From: an uncultured Clostridia bacterium
GTDB taxonomy: Bacteria; Bacillota; Clostridia; Christensenellales; Borkfalkiaceae
Assembly: GCA_944376145.1 (NCBI GenBank)
Contig: CALWBR010000027.1
Coordinates: 1-54,237 of the forward strand
Direction of reading: 5' to 3'
Length of the DNA stretch: 54,237 nt
Below, piece after piece: positions 28,978-38,390 of the stretch; positions within the stretch are counted from its first letter, which is position 1, and each line of letters starts with the position of its first letter. The notes below the pieces were generated by a model. That model had not been told where the DNA came from, searched no databases, and was given only the letters and a program-made list of their open reading frames with translations. The translations under genes and the position numbers were made by a program.

Positions 28978-29575
28978 CCTGTTCTCCGTTCTCTTCTTTT
29001 TCAGGCGGGGCGGCTTCCCCTTCCGCCGCCTCACGGCGGCGCCCGACGGCATAGCGCACCAGCGCCGAGATCCCCCAGCACGCCGCCGCTGCGGCGAGCA
29101 GCACCAAAATGCCGAACGGCGTCTGCAAAAAGGCGATCACCGAGCCGAACCAGCCGAGCACGCCGACGACTTTGCCGACGACGGCGGCGTGCGGCACCGT
29201 AAAACTATCCTGCACGTTGTTCGCGTCGCCCTTGGTCGTGTAGCCGCTCTCCGACGCCGCGATCACGCGGTGCGTCACGTATTCGCCGCGGGCGGAATCG
29301 TAAAAGGTGATCATGTCCCCGACAGCGTACTCTTCCTGCGCGCGGATGAGGATAAAATCCCCCGCGGCGATCTCCGGCTCCATGCTGCCCGTTTCCACGA
29401 CCGCGCAGCCGTAGCCGAACACGGTGGGGATGCCCTCGCCGAAGGCGTACCGCGCGACGAGCACGTACACGTTGTAGGCGAGCAGCAGCCCGACGAGCGC
29501 CCAGGCAAGGATACGCAAGACAAGATGAAGGATTTTGAGGGCGCGCCTGCCGCGGGAAGCCGTTTGCTGTTCCAT
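28970..29575 (-). CDS. Signal peptidase I, SipW/ER type (Ser-His)
   Basis: VETGSMEP, GD, VTHRV, TKGDANNVQD, N- and C-terminal TMs. Confidence 0.93.
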   Translation of the reverse strand: MEQQTASRGRRALKILHLVLRILAWALVGLLLAYNVYVLVARYAFGEGIPTVFGYGCAVVETGSMEPEIAAGDFILIRAQEEYAVGDMITFYDSARGEYVTHRVIAASESGYTTKGDANNVQDSFTVPHAAVVGKVVGVLGWFGSVIAFLQTPFGILVLLAAAAACWGISALVRYAVGRRREAAEGEAAPPEKEENGEQDG

Positions 29576-29582
29576 ACTGCTC

Positions 29583-30623
29583 CTATTCTTTTACGGCGGC
29601 GGTGAGCTCGATGTGCAGGGTGTACACGGCGCCCTCTTCGCCTGCGACGGTGTCGACGGGGTCGTTGTGCGCCCAGAACCACTGCAGCTCGAACATCGCG
29701 CTCGAATGCGCTTCGATGGTGAGCCCGCTGACGCCGAGCTCGTCGATGCCGACGTAATCCTCTTCTCCCGCAAGGTACGCGCCGTCACGGACGAGGCGGT
29801 ACACGAGCAGGATGCCGTATTCGTTATCGGCTCGGAAGCCGAGGGAATATTCGACGGCGTCGTCGTTCGCGTTTTCGTAGATAAAGCGGTACGAGCCGCT
29901 CATCCCCGGCGCGATGACCGAATCGCCGAAACGGTCGTTGTAAAAGACGTCTAAATTCTCCTGCTCGTTCCAGTCTGTACCGTCCTCGTCGGTGAGGAAG
30001 ATGGTGGGCGCGTAGGGCGCCGCCGAAAGGGGCAGGGCGAACGCGCCGAACACGATCGCCAGCACGGTGGCGGCGATGAGGGCGATGAGCAAGATCAAAA
30101 AGGGAACGGCGTGCGGGCGGCGGAGCGTTGCCACGTGCGTGTGCAGCGCCGTGAGAAGGTTCCCGTTGCTGTCCAAATAGGCGTGCGGCGCTTCCGCTCC
30201 GAGCGGGTAATAGAGCACGCCCTCCCCTTCCTCGCTGAAGTACCCGCGCTGTTCCTTGTTCTCGTCGTACCAAATGCCCTTGCGCAGTTTGCCGATCTTT
30301 TCGCCGTGGCGGTCGTATACGGCGGCGCGGCGGGGCAGCTTCGCCTTGACGGAGGGCAGTTTCGGCTGTACGCCGAAAAGACCCGTAGCGCCTTCGCCCG
30401 AGCCTGCCGTACGGTCTGCCGTATTGTTTTCGCCCGCGTGCGCTTCCGCACGCGCGGCATCGCCCTGCATCGCGGCGGCGTTTAACGCCGCGTCTTCGCT
30501 GCGGGCGGTCGTTTTCTGCTGTTCAAATCCTTCTCTGTCTGTTCCCGTGTTCTGCGGCGCCCCTTGCAGCCCTTCCTTCGGCTGCACGCCGCTCTGTCCC
30601 TTTTCCCGAGAGGTATCCGACAT
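29583..30623 (-). CDS. Single-TM protein with C-terminal TasA-like beta domain
   Basis: Disordered N-terminus, central TM, then IAPGMSGSYRFIYEN..LQWFW. Confidence 0.7.
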   Translation of the reverse strand: MSDTSREKGQSGVQPKEGLQGAPQNTGTDREGFEQQKTTARSEDAALNAAAMQGDAARAEAHAGENNTADRTAGSGEGATGLFGVQPKLPSVKAKLPRRAAVYDRHGEKIGKLRKGIWYDENKEQRGYFSEEGEGVLYYPLGAEAPHAYLDSNGNLLTALHTHVATLRRPHAVPFLILLIALIAATVLAIVFGAFALPLSAAPYAPTIFLTDEDGTDWNEQENLDVFYNDRFGDSVIAPGMSGSYRFIYENANDDAVEYSLGFRADNEYGILLVYRLVRDGAYLAGEEDYVGIDELGVSGLTIEAHSSAMFELQWFWAHNDPVDTVAGEEGAVYTLHIELTAAVKE

Positions 30624-30662
30624 TGACGCAAACTCCTGCAAGTTTTACTTCAAATAAGTCTA

Positions 30663-30671
30663 CCCCCCCCC
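30663..30671 (-). repeat. G9 homopolymer tract upstream of the 30623 gene
   Basis: TTGCAC-GGGGGGGGG-TA on the minus strand. Confidence 0.8.
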
Positions 30672-31137
30672 GTGCAACGAACGGTTCCACATGCTTCCGC
30701 TGCACACGAGCCTACGAACGATCTCGCCGGGTCTGTATTCCCCTGTATGCACGAAACCGCCGCAGCCCCTTTCCTTTGCGGCGCAAATTCTTGCGCCGCA
30801 CACCCTTTGCACACTCGGCATGCATCTGTCCGTGCGCGGGGAGGCGGGTACTATGTACGCTTGTTCGTGGTTTGTATGCGCCGCCGGTGTGTGATAAAGC
30901 CCTCTTCTGCTGTTTTGCGGCGCACTTTTCAAATGGATCTTTTTCCTTCATCCTTGCGCGGGCGATCCCGCGCCGTTGCATACGGCACGCGCGTGGGCCG
31001 TATGCGCGGTATGCGATCATTCTCTCTTTGCCCGCAGCCGCTGCCACATCCTCAACGGAACGCCTTCGGGCGCTTTTCCTATCCCCGCCGCGCCGCGTGC
31101 ACGGCGGGGACAAGGCTCTGTTTCAAATTACGGACGA

Positions 31138-31887
31138 TCAAGTCGTGGGGCTCTGCGAAGCCTGCACCGCCGTGAACGTCAAATTCACCGACAGGGAAGT
31201 AACGTTCTCGCCGACCCAGGTATCGATCGCGTCGGGAACGGTTTCGTTTTCCGCATTCGCATCCGCAGACGTCCAGGTCAGCACGGCAAAAATGTTGACC
31301 TTCGTATTCCCTTCCGCCGTGCCGGCCGCATCCAGCGTCAGCTTGCCGCCTTCCTCCCCGGTGATCTCCGTCATGTCGGACGTGCTGGCCATCGTTGCGG
31401 CTTCATAATCGCTGGGGTTATAGTAAAACTTGATCGAGAACAGCGCCGAGACCTGCTCTTTGGTAGCATCTGCCTCGATATTGTCGGTCGTGATCCCGTC
31501 GCCTGTACCAAACGTTACCTCGTTTTCGCCGTCTTTGAACGTGTAAACGGGTTTGCTGCCTTCACCAAGCTCGACCGCGACCGTGACTTCCGCCGCTACG
31601 TCGCTCCCGTTCTCCAAGGTAGCGACCATCACGGGGCTGGTGGCGTTCGTACGAGGAGCATCGCTCGATGTGAACGCCTCGTCCGAGGGAGACAATTTAT
31701 CGAACTTTGCCGCTCCCGTCCCCGGCTCTGCAAAGCTGATCTCCCATTTTGCGACATCCATCGAAGCCGATCCCGTGCCGCCGCTGGTGTAGCGCGCGAA
31801 CGTGCTCCCGAGGAAGCAGCAGCTGACCGCCGTAAGGACGACGAGCGCAAGGATCAGCTTGGAGATGATTCTCTTCTTTTTGACCAT
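31138..31887 (-). CDS. TasA/CalY-like SipW-dependent subunit (249 aa)
   Basis: MVKKKRII, hydrophobic stretch, then GSTFARYTS; acidic T/S/G-rich body; C-terminal LTFTAVQ strand; GGAGG RBS. Confidence 0.8.
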   Translation of the reverse strand: MVKKKRIISKLILALVVLTAVSCCFLGSTFARYTSGGTGSASMDVAKWEISFAEPGTGAAKFDKLSPSDEAFTSSDAPRTNATSPVMVATLENGSDVAAEVTVAVELGEGSKPVYTFKDGENEVTFGTGDGITTDNIEADATKEQVSALFSIKFYYNPSDYEAATMASTSDMTEITGEEGGKLTLDAAGTAEGNTKVNIFAVLTWTSADANAENETVPDAIDTWVGENVTSLSVNLTFTAVQASQSPTT

Positions 31888-32145
31888 ATTTTCCTCCGAT
31901 CTTTTGGATTTGATAGATATGTACGCGCGTGCGCATGTGGCGGCGCCGCGTCGGTACCGAGAAAAAGTGATCGCCCCCAAAGAAAGACCGTCTTTTGCAT
32001 GTCGCGGGCGGTTGCCTCGGCGCACAGAAAACTTTTAATGGAATTGCTTTATCGTGCGAAAAGCACGATAAAGCAGCCATGGCTGCTTTTTTGTCCGCTT
32101 CGGCTCGGTGGCGAGGGGCGTACCTTGCTGCACTGCGGCAACATA

Positions 32146-32173
32146 AGGATACAACATTACCCCCCCCCGTCAA
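32146..32173 (-). promoter_or_regulatory. Putative promoter with a G9 tract in the spacer
   Basis: TTGACG-GGGGGGGG-TAATGTTG-TATCCT (16-nt spacer). Confidence 0.55.
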
Positions 32174-32260
32174 CTGTTTCTACCGTTTATTATTCAATTT
32201 TTTTAAAAAAAACAAAATTTTTTTCCGCGGCGGGCACTCAAACCCGCCGCGGACGCTCGT

Positions 32261-32986
32261 TTACTTTTTGGTTTCGCCTTCCTCGGCGTCGCTCTCGGCG
32301 GGGGCTTCTTCCCCCTTCTGCTCGAGCATCGCACGCAGGCGGCGGATCTCGGCGTCCTTTTCGCTCTCCTCTTCGGCTTCGGCAGCGGCTGCCTGCAGCT
32401 TCAAGCGGCGGTTGTTCAGCATGATGCGCGTCACGTCATAAGCGATGTAGAGCACGACGGGCACGCCGACCACAACGAGGATGCCCTCGGTCGTCTGCAA
32501 AAACTCGGCAAAGCTGCCCAGCCCCGCAATGTGCCCCGTACAGACGCCGAGCACATCTTCCAAGAGGACGGCGCCGTCCGTCCAGTCGTTGGCGTCGCCT
32601 TGGGTCGTGACCGATGCCAGCGCTCCCGCATCGTTCGTGTTCAGCGCCGTGATGCGGTGCGTCACATACGTTTCGCCCGAGCGATAGGTGACGATATCCC
32701 CTACGGCGAGCTGCTGTTTGCCTTCTTCGTCCAAAATACGCACAAAGATGAGGGACCCTTGCGGGAAGCTATCCTCCCTGTCGCCGTCCATGGAAGGCGA
32801 CACGACCGCCAGCGGCGCAATGCCGAACACATCGGGAGGGACGTCTTTGTTCAGGCTTCCTTTGATGATGAGGGTCAAATTGACGGCGAACACGGGGATG
32901 AGGATGACCGCAAGCACGATCAGGATCACCAAGGAAACGATGTCGCCTTTTGTTCTGCGCTTCTTTTCTTCCTGTTGTTGTTCCAT
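32261..32986 (-). CDS. Second SipW-type signal peptidase I
   Basis: VVSPSM, GDIVTY, VTHRI, TQGDANDWTD. Confidence 0.92.
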   Translation of the reverse strand: MEQQQEEKKRRTKGDIVSLVILIVLAVILIPVFAVNLTLIIKGSLNKDVPPDVFGIAPLAVVSPSMDGDREDSFPQGSLIFVRILDEEGKQQLAVGDIVTYRSGETYVTHRITALNTNDAGALASVTTQGDANDWTDGAVLLEDVLGVCTGHIAGLGSFAEFLQTTEGILVVVGVPVVLYIAYDVTRIMLNNRRLKLQAAAAEAEEESEKDAEIRRLRAMLEQKGEEAPAESDAEEGETKK

Positions 32987-33249
32987 GGATGGGCTCCGAA
33001 ACGTTCGTTTAACGAAAAAAACGGCGTTTGCAGGCAGACTCAAAAATTTATACGGTGACCCTTATAAAATTTTAACGCTTACAAACACCTTACGCTTTTA
33101 TTATACGCAGGGATAGCGGGTTTGTCAATACCTTTTTACAGTGATTTAGCCAGTTTACAAAAATTATATGCGCCGTGCAACTACTGTGTTGCGGTATACC
33201 CGTTTAAAAAGATGTTTTGCTGCCATACGCCTGTCCCGCGGCGCGCCGA

Positions 33250-35067
33250 TCAGTCGTCGCGGAACTGGTACTTGTACAATTCGGCGTATTCGCCGCCGAG
33301 CGCCATCAGCTCTTCGTGCGTGCCGCGTTCGGTGACCCGCCCCGCGCGCAGCACCAAAATTTCGTCCGCGTTTTTGACGGTCGAAAGCCTGTGCGCCACG
33401 ACCAGACAGGTACGCCCCTTTGAAAGCTCCGCAAGGGAGTGCTGGATCTGCATTTCGGTCATGTTGTCGAGCGCGCTGGTCGCCTCGTCTAAGATCAGGA
33501 TGGGCGGATCCTTCAAAAAGGCGCGGGCGATGGAGATACGCTGCTTTTGCCCGCCCGAAAGTTTTACGCCGCGTTCGCCGATCTCGGTATCGTACCCGTC
33601 GGGAAGCGTTTCCGCAAACTCGTGCACGTTCGCGCGGCGGGCGGCTTGCTCGATCTGCACGTCGGTCGCGGCAAAGTTGCCGTAGGCAATGTTCTCGCGC
33701 ACGGTGCCGCCGTACAGGAACACATCCTGCGCGACCATGGCGATGCTGCGGCGCAGCGTTTTGCGCGTCACCTCGTCCACTCCGATGCCGCCGATGGTGA
33801 TGCGGCCCTCGTCCGCATCGTAAAAGCGGGGGATGAGGTGGCAGACCGTCGTTTTGCCGCCGCCCGAAGGACCGACGAGCGCGACGGTCGTGCCCTCCTT
33901 GACCGTAAAGCTCAGGTGCGAGAGCACGTTCTCCCCGGCGGCGGTGCCGCCCGTCGTCTTGTAGGCGAAGCTCACGTCGTCAAACACGATGTCGCCGTGC
34001 ATCACGTCCACGGGAACGGGGTGCGCGGGGTCCTCTTCGGGCGGTATGGCGAGCACCTCGCGGAAGCGGATGAAGCCCGAAAGCCCGTCCTGGATCTGCT
34101 CGAACAGATTGATGAGCGTGCGGATGGGCGTGAGCAGCATGGTGATGTACAGGATGAACGCCGTGTAATCGCCGATCTCCGTAAGGATGCCAAAGTACAG
34201 CAGCAGCCCGCCCGCAACTAACGCGATGAGGTACAAAAAATCGTTGAAAAAGCTCATGCCGCCCTGGAATACGCCCATGTAGCGGTACGCTTCGGAACGG
34301 GCGCGGCGGAACTCGCCGTTGGCGCGGTCGAACTTTTCCTCTTCGCGTTCCTCGGCGGTGTACGCCTTGGAGACGCGGATGCCCGACACGGAGGACTCGA
34401 CGCTGGCGTTCACTTCGGCGATCGTCTCGCGCGATTTGGTGAAGGCGGATTGCATGCGGCGGCGCATCTTCACCGCAAAGAGCACCATCAGCGGCACATA
34501 CAAAAAGACGATCAGCGACAGCCACGGGTTGACGAACAGCAGCATGACGACCGCGCCGACGATGCTGATGAGCGACGTAAAGGTATCTTCGGGACCGTGG
34601 TGCGCCAGTTCGGAGGTATCGAACAAGTCGTTGACGATGCGCGAAACGATGGTGCCCGTCTTCGTCTCGTCAAAGTACGAAAAGGGCAGCCGCTCCACAT
34701 GCGCAAAAAACTGCTTGCGCATGTCCGCCTGGATGCGCACGCCGAGCACGTGCCCCCAAAACCCGACCACGAACGTCAAAAGCGCCTGTACGACGTAGAT
34801 CGCCAACAGCGCCGCCGCCCATACGAGGATGAGCTGCAGCTCTTTGTTCGGCACGAGCTCGTTCATCATCATGCGGGTGATGAACGGGTAAAACAAGTTG
34901 CACACCGCAATGGTGAACGAGCTGCACAGATCGAGGAAAAACAACTTTTTGTGCGGCTTGTAGTACGAAAAAAAGGCGCGGATGTTGCCCTTCATTTTTG
35001 CGGCGGGCACGTGCGTTTTCGCGCCCTTTGCGCCGCCGCGCTCCATTCTGCCCTCGCCTCTTGCCAT
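33250..35067 (-). CDS. ABC exporter, fused permease/ATPase
   Basis: GPSGGGKT, LSGGQKQR, ILDEATSALD; TM domain. Confidence 0.95.
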   Translation of the reverse strand: MARGEGRMERGGAKGAKTHVPAAKMKGNIRAFFSYYKPHKKLFFLDLCSSFTIAVCNLFYPFITRMMMNELVPNKELQLILVWAAALLAIYVVQALLTFVVGFWGHVLGVRIQADMRKQFFAHVERLPFSYFDETKTGTIVSRIVNDLFDTSELAHHGPEDTFTSLISIVGAVVMLLFVNPWLSLIVFLYVPLMVLFAVKMRRRMQSAFTKSRETIAEVNASVESSVSGIRVSKAYTAEEREEEKFDRANGEFRRARSEAYRYMGVFQGGMSFFNDFLYLIALVAGGLLLYFGILTEIGDYTAFILYITMLLTPIRTLINLFEQIQDGLSGFIRFREVLAIPPEEDPAHPVPVDVMHGDIVFDDVSFAYKTTGGTAAGENVLSHLSFTVKEGTTVALVGPSGGGKTTVCHLIPRFYDADEGRITIGGIGVDEVTRKTLRRSIAMVAQDVFLYGGTVRENIAYGNFAATDVQIEQAARRANVHEFAETLPDGYDTEIGERGVKLSGGQKQRISIARAFLKDPPILILDEATSALDNMTEMQIQHSLAELSKGRTCLVVAHRLSTVKNADEILVLRAGRVTERGTHEELMALGGEYAELYKYQFRDD

Positions 35068-35256
35068 GGCAGTTCCCTCCCTCTGCAAAACGTACGCCTG
35101 TATTGTACCATATCCGCCCGAAAAATGCAAACCGCGCCTTTTTCCGCCCGCGCCGCCGCGCATACGCACGCCGAAAGGCGCGCAAACAGCGGCATGCGCC
35201 GCGGCACACATGTGCCGCGGCGCATAAAAGAGCTTTTTTTCAAGCAAACGGGGCGG

Positions 35257-36702
35257 TCAATCTTCCCCGCCGCTGAGCTTATAGAGCTTGACGGAATTTT
35301 CGATGGTCTTCTCCTTTGCGGATGCGCCGTATTTGTCCACGTCCACAATATTTTTGGGTCCGTGGTTCAAGCACAGCGCGCCGTTTAGGCAGCCGCCGTC
35401 GCACGCCATGCCCTCAAAAAAGTTTTCCGTCGCGCGGTTGAATTTGAGTTTTGTGAGCGCGGCGCGGCACTCGTCGATGCCATTCATCGCAAGCGGCTTC
35501 ACGCCCTCGACGCCCATCTCTTTGGCAACGTCTGCAATGCCCTGGGTGATGCGGACGCTCTTGGCGAAGATGCGCCCGTAGAACGAGGCATTGTCCAGCG
35601 CGGTCTCCTCCAACGAGGCGACGTCGATGTTGCGCGCGTCCAAAAATGCCTGCAGCTCTTCAAAGGAGAGCACGCAGTCGATCGCGCCCTTGGTCTTGGG
35701 CAGGCGGAACTCCGCCTTTTTGCTCGAACAAGGTCCGATAAAGATGACTTTGCCGAGCGGATCCGTGCGCTTGATGAGCAGCGCCGCTTCGACCATGGGT
35801 GAAACGGAATGCGAAACGTACTTGGCAAGCTCGGGGAAGTTCTTTTCCACGAACATCACGAACGACGGGCAGCAAGACGTGGTCAAAATGCCCTTCTCCT
35901 GCCACTCCTTTGCCTCGTGGTACAGCGTGATGTCCGCACCGAGCGCCGCCTCCACGACCTGGTGGAACCCGAGCTTGCGGATGCCGGTGACGACCTGCTC
36001 GATCTTCGCGTACTTGAACTGGCTGACGATGGAAGGCGCAATGACGGCGTACACATGGTACTTTTGCCCGTTTTCGCTCTCTTTTAAGAGCTTGATCGCG
36101 TCCATGACGAAGGATTTATCCACGACCGCGCCGAAGGGGCACTGGTAGACGCACGCGCCGCACATGATGCACTTTTCGTTGTCGATGACGGCTTTGCGAT
36201 CCTCTCCGACGCTGATCGCCTTGACTTTGCAGGAGGCAACGCACGGGCGCTTTTGTGCGATGATCGCGCCGTACGGGCACGCCTGCGTGCACTTGCCGCA
36301 CTCGATGCACTTCGATTTATCCACCACCGCCCTGTGGTCGATGATCTGGATCGCGCCTTTCGGGCACACCTCCTGGCAGCGGTGCACGATGCAGCCGCGG
36401 CAGGCGGGGGTCACGAAGATGCCGCCGATCGGGCACTCGTCGCAGGCGATATCGATGACTTCGACGACGTTGGGATTGTTTTTGTTGCCGCCGAGCGCGA
36501 GCTTGATGCGCTCCTGCACGATGGCGCGCTCTTTGAACACGCAGCAGCGCATGGTGGCTTTCGGCCCCGGGGAGATCTCCTTGGGGACGTCTATGTACAA
36601 ATTCTCATAGCAGTGCTCGTACTCGTTGCGGATGACCGCTTTGAGCACATCGTATTTCAGTTTTTGTACCGCCGTATCAAAAATTCGTTTGTTATCGGGC
36701 AT
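35257..36702 (-). CDS. Ferredoxin-type [FeFe]-hydrogenase (HfsD-like)
   Basis: Several CxxCxxCxxxCP motifs; H-cluster motifs TSCCP, GPCSSKKAE, EGMACDGGCLNG. Confidence 0.9.
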   Translation of the reverse strand: MPDNKRIFDTAVQKLKYDVLKAVIRNEYEHCYENLYIDVPKEISPGPKATMRCCVFKERAIVQERIKLALGGNKNNPNVVEVIDIACDECPIGGIFVTPACRGCIVHRCQEVCPKGAIQIIDHRAVVDKSKCIECGKCTQACPYGAIIAQKRPCVASCKVKAISVGEDRKAVIDNEKCIMCGACVYQCPFGAVVDKSFVMDAIKLLKESENGQKYHVYAVIAPSIVSQFKYAKIEQVVTGIRKLGFHQVVEAALGADITLYHEAKEWQEKGILTTSCCPSFVMFVEKNFPELAKYVSHSVSPMVEAALLIKRTDPLGKVIFIGPCSSKKAEFRLPKTKGAIDCVLSFEELQAFLDARNIDVASLEETALDNASFYGRIFAKSVRITQGIADVAKEMGVEGVKPLAMNGIDECRAALTKLKFNRATENFFEGMACDGGCLNGALCLNHGPKNIVDVDKYGASAKEKTIENSVKLYKLSGGED

Positions 36703-36752
36703 AATACACCTACCATCGAACGGATATTTTTATTTTGATCTTATAAACCCAT

Positions 36753-37216
36753 GAGCCGTTTCGGTTCGGAGACGCGAGCAGAGCGATTCATCTTACGCCC
36801 CTCATCCGTCACGCGGATATCGCCGCGTGACACCTTCCCCTCCAGGGGGAAGGCTTGGTTTCGTCCCTATTACGCCTTCCCCTTGACGGGGAAGGGGGAC
36901 CGCTTGCGGTGGATGAGGTGAACTCTCCTATCGCCCTGCTCCCCCATCCGCCCCTTCGGGGCACCTTCCCCACCGGGGGGAAGGCTTGGTTGGCTACACA
37001 GCGAGCGCCCCTCATCCGCCCCTTCGGGGCACCTTCCCCACCGGGGGGAAGGCTTGGGGGTGACTGCACAAACTTTCCGCGCGAGCCGTTTCGGTTCGGA
37101 GACGCGAGCAGAGCGAGGAAGGCGCGGCTTTGCGAGGGGAGCGTACACAGACGTACGTGACCCGAAGCAAAACGCAAGCCTGACAAAGCTATGCGACGCG
37201 TATACGAAGCGAAACC
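36753..37216. repeat. Nested repeat cluster: REP-like units between 34-bp direct repeats, next to a palindromic element
   Basis: GAGCCGTTTCGGTTCGGAGACGCGAGCAGAGCGA at 36753-36786 and 37083-37116; four CCTTCCCC/GGGGAAGG units between them. Confidence 0.9.
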
Positions 37217-38377
37217 TTAATCGTAGTCGATAACGACCCTCTTCCCCATCCTTTTAAGGTTCGCCGCCAAAGACTCAACGAGCTTGAGCTTCATCGTGAT
37301 GTCGATGGGCAAGCCCTCGTGTGCGGCGTTCACGCTCTGCCCCACAAAAAAGTGCACGTCGCTCGCCTCTTCAAACAGCAGCTGCGCCAGCAAAGACGCG
37401 CCGTCCTTTTTGGTGAATGTTTTGGGGGTCAGGTCCTTTTCGGAAACATACTTTTCGGAGAGCTCCAACAGGCGGCGCATGGTCAAAACGCCCTCCGTCG
37501 TGAGATCGATGCCGTCGATAAAGCCGATGGGCGGCACGTCGCGGTCGGGGAAATCGCAGGAGGCGCGCACGCTCGTATGCAAATAACGCGCCACGATCTG
37601 CGAACTCGTACCGCCGCAGACCGCCTTTTTCCCCTCCCCCGCAAGGAAGCGCTCCACATAAAAATCATCGCGTGACTTGTCGACGGGCGGACCGATCATG
37701 ATGTTGACCTGCAGCGTTTCGCGCACTTTGACGGCGGCGACGGTGGTATCGTCTCCGGGATCGCCGAGGTACAGATCGTTGCAGGCGCTCGCCAAAAGGC
37801 AGGCGACGGCGCGCGCGCTCATGTCCGCGCGCACATAGCGGTTCAAATATTCGATGACCTCCGGGCGCTGCCAGCCGAGGTTCATGGTCATGCCGATGCC
37901 CGCGTGGATGACGCCGTCGCTCATGACGACGAGCACATCCCCCGCGGCAAGCTCCAGCGGGGAGCGGTACACCGTTTTGCCGAGCACGCGCATCTCCTCG
38001 CGCGGCAGGTCGCGGCAGACACAGCCGCGGATGAGGATCGCCTGCGGGTTATCAAACTCGAACAGGCTGCCCTTGCCTTCGCTGTTGATGTGGATGACGG
38101 AAAAGGTGGAGTACGCCACACCGCGCACTTTGCACACGGGAAGGGATTGCACGATCGTTTCGATGCAGTCTTCGATGGAGACCTCGCTGGAGACCATCGT
38201 GCACAGGATCTTGGAAGTCAGCGTGGAGAGGATGTTCGCCTTGACGCCGCTCCCGAGCCCGTCTGCCAGCACAAGCGTCGTATAATCGCCGACGACGGTG
38301 CTTTCTACACGGTCGCCGCACAGCTCTTCGCCGTGTTTGTTTAAGGACGTATACCCGCTTTCAAGACACAGTGCCAT
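37217..38377 (-). CDS. SpoIIE/PP2C-family phosphatase (HfsC-like)
   Basis: ELCGD, LADGLGSGVKA, SDG, GDDTT, VCGGTS. Confidence 0.92.
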   Translation of the reverse strand: MALCLESGYTSLNKHGEELCGDRVESTVVGDYTTLVLADGLGSGVKANILSTLTSKILCTMVSSEVSIEDCIETIVQSLPVCKVRGVAYSTFSVIHINSEGKGSLFEFDNPQAILIRGCVCRDLPREEMRVLGKTVYRSPLELAAGDVLVVMSDGVIHAGIGMTMNLGWQRPEVIEYLNRYVRADMSARAVACLLASACNDLYLGDPGDDTTVAAVKVRETLQVNIMIGPPVDKSRDDFYVERFLAGEGKKAVCGGTSSQIVARYLHTSVRASCDFPDRDVPPIGFIDGIDLTTEGVLTMRRLLELSEKYVSEKDLTPKTFTKKDGASLLAQLLFEEASDVHFFVGQSVNAAHEGLPIDITMKLKLVESLAANLKRMGKRVVIDYD

Positions 38378-38390
38378 AGCCGTACCCGCC

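Noticed and set aside
30660-31137. ORFs in the spacer of the SipW locus
   Set aside because: No RBS or protein-like composition; more likely a terminator/promoter region
31888-32140. c-di-GMP riboswitch upstream of the TasA-like gene
   Set aside because: Plausible for a biofilm locus, but I could not find the class I or II consensus elements
36753-37116. Possible CRISPR array
   Set aside because: Units are irregularly spaced hairpins with no unique equal-length spacers, and no cas genes are present
36809-37186. Short ORFs over the repeat clusters (also 22952-23605 and 47259-47609)
   Set aside because: Translations of REP-like repeats; the same peptide (GEGAPKGRMRGARC) recurs at separate sites
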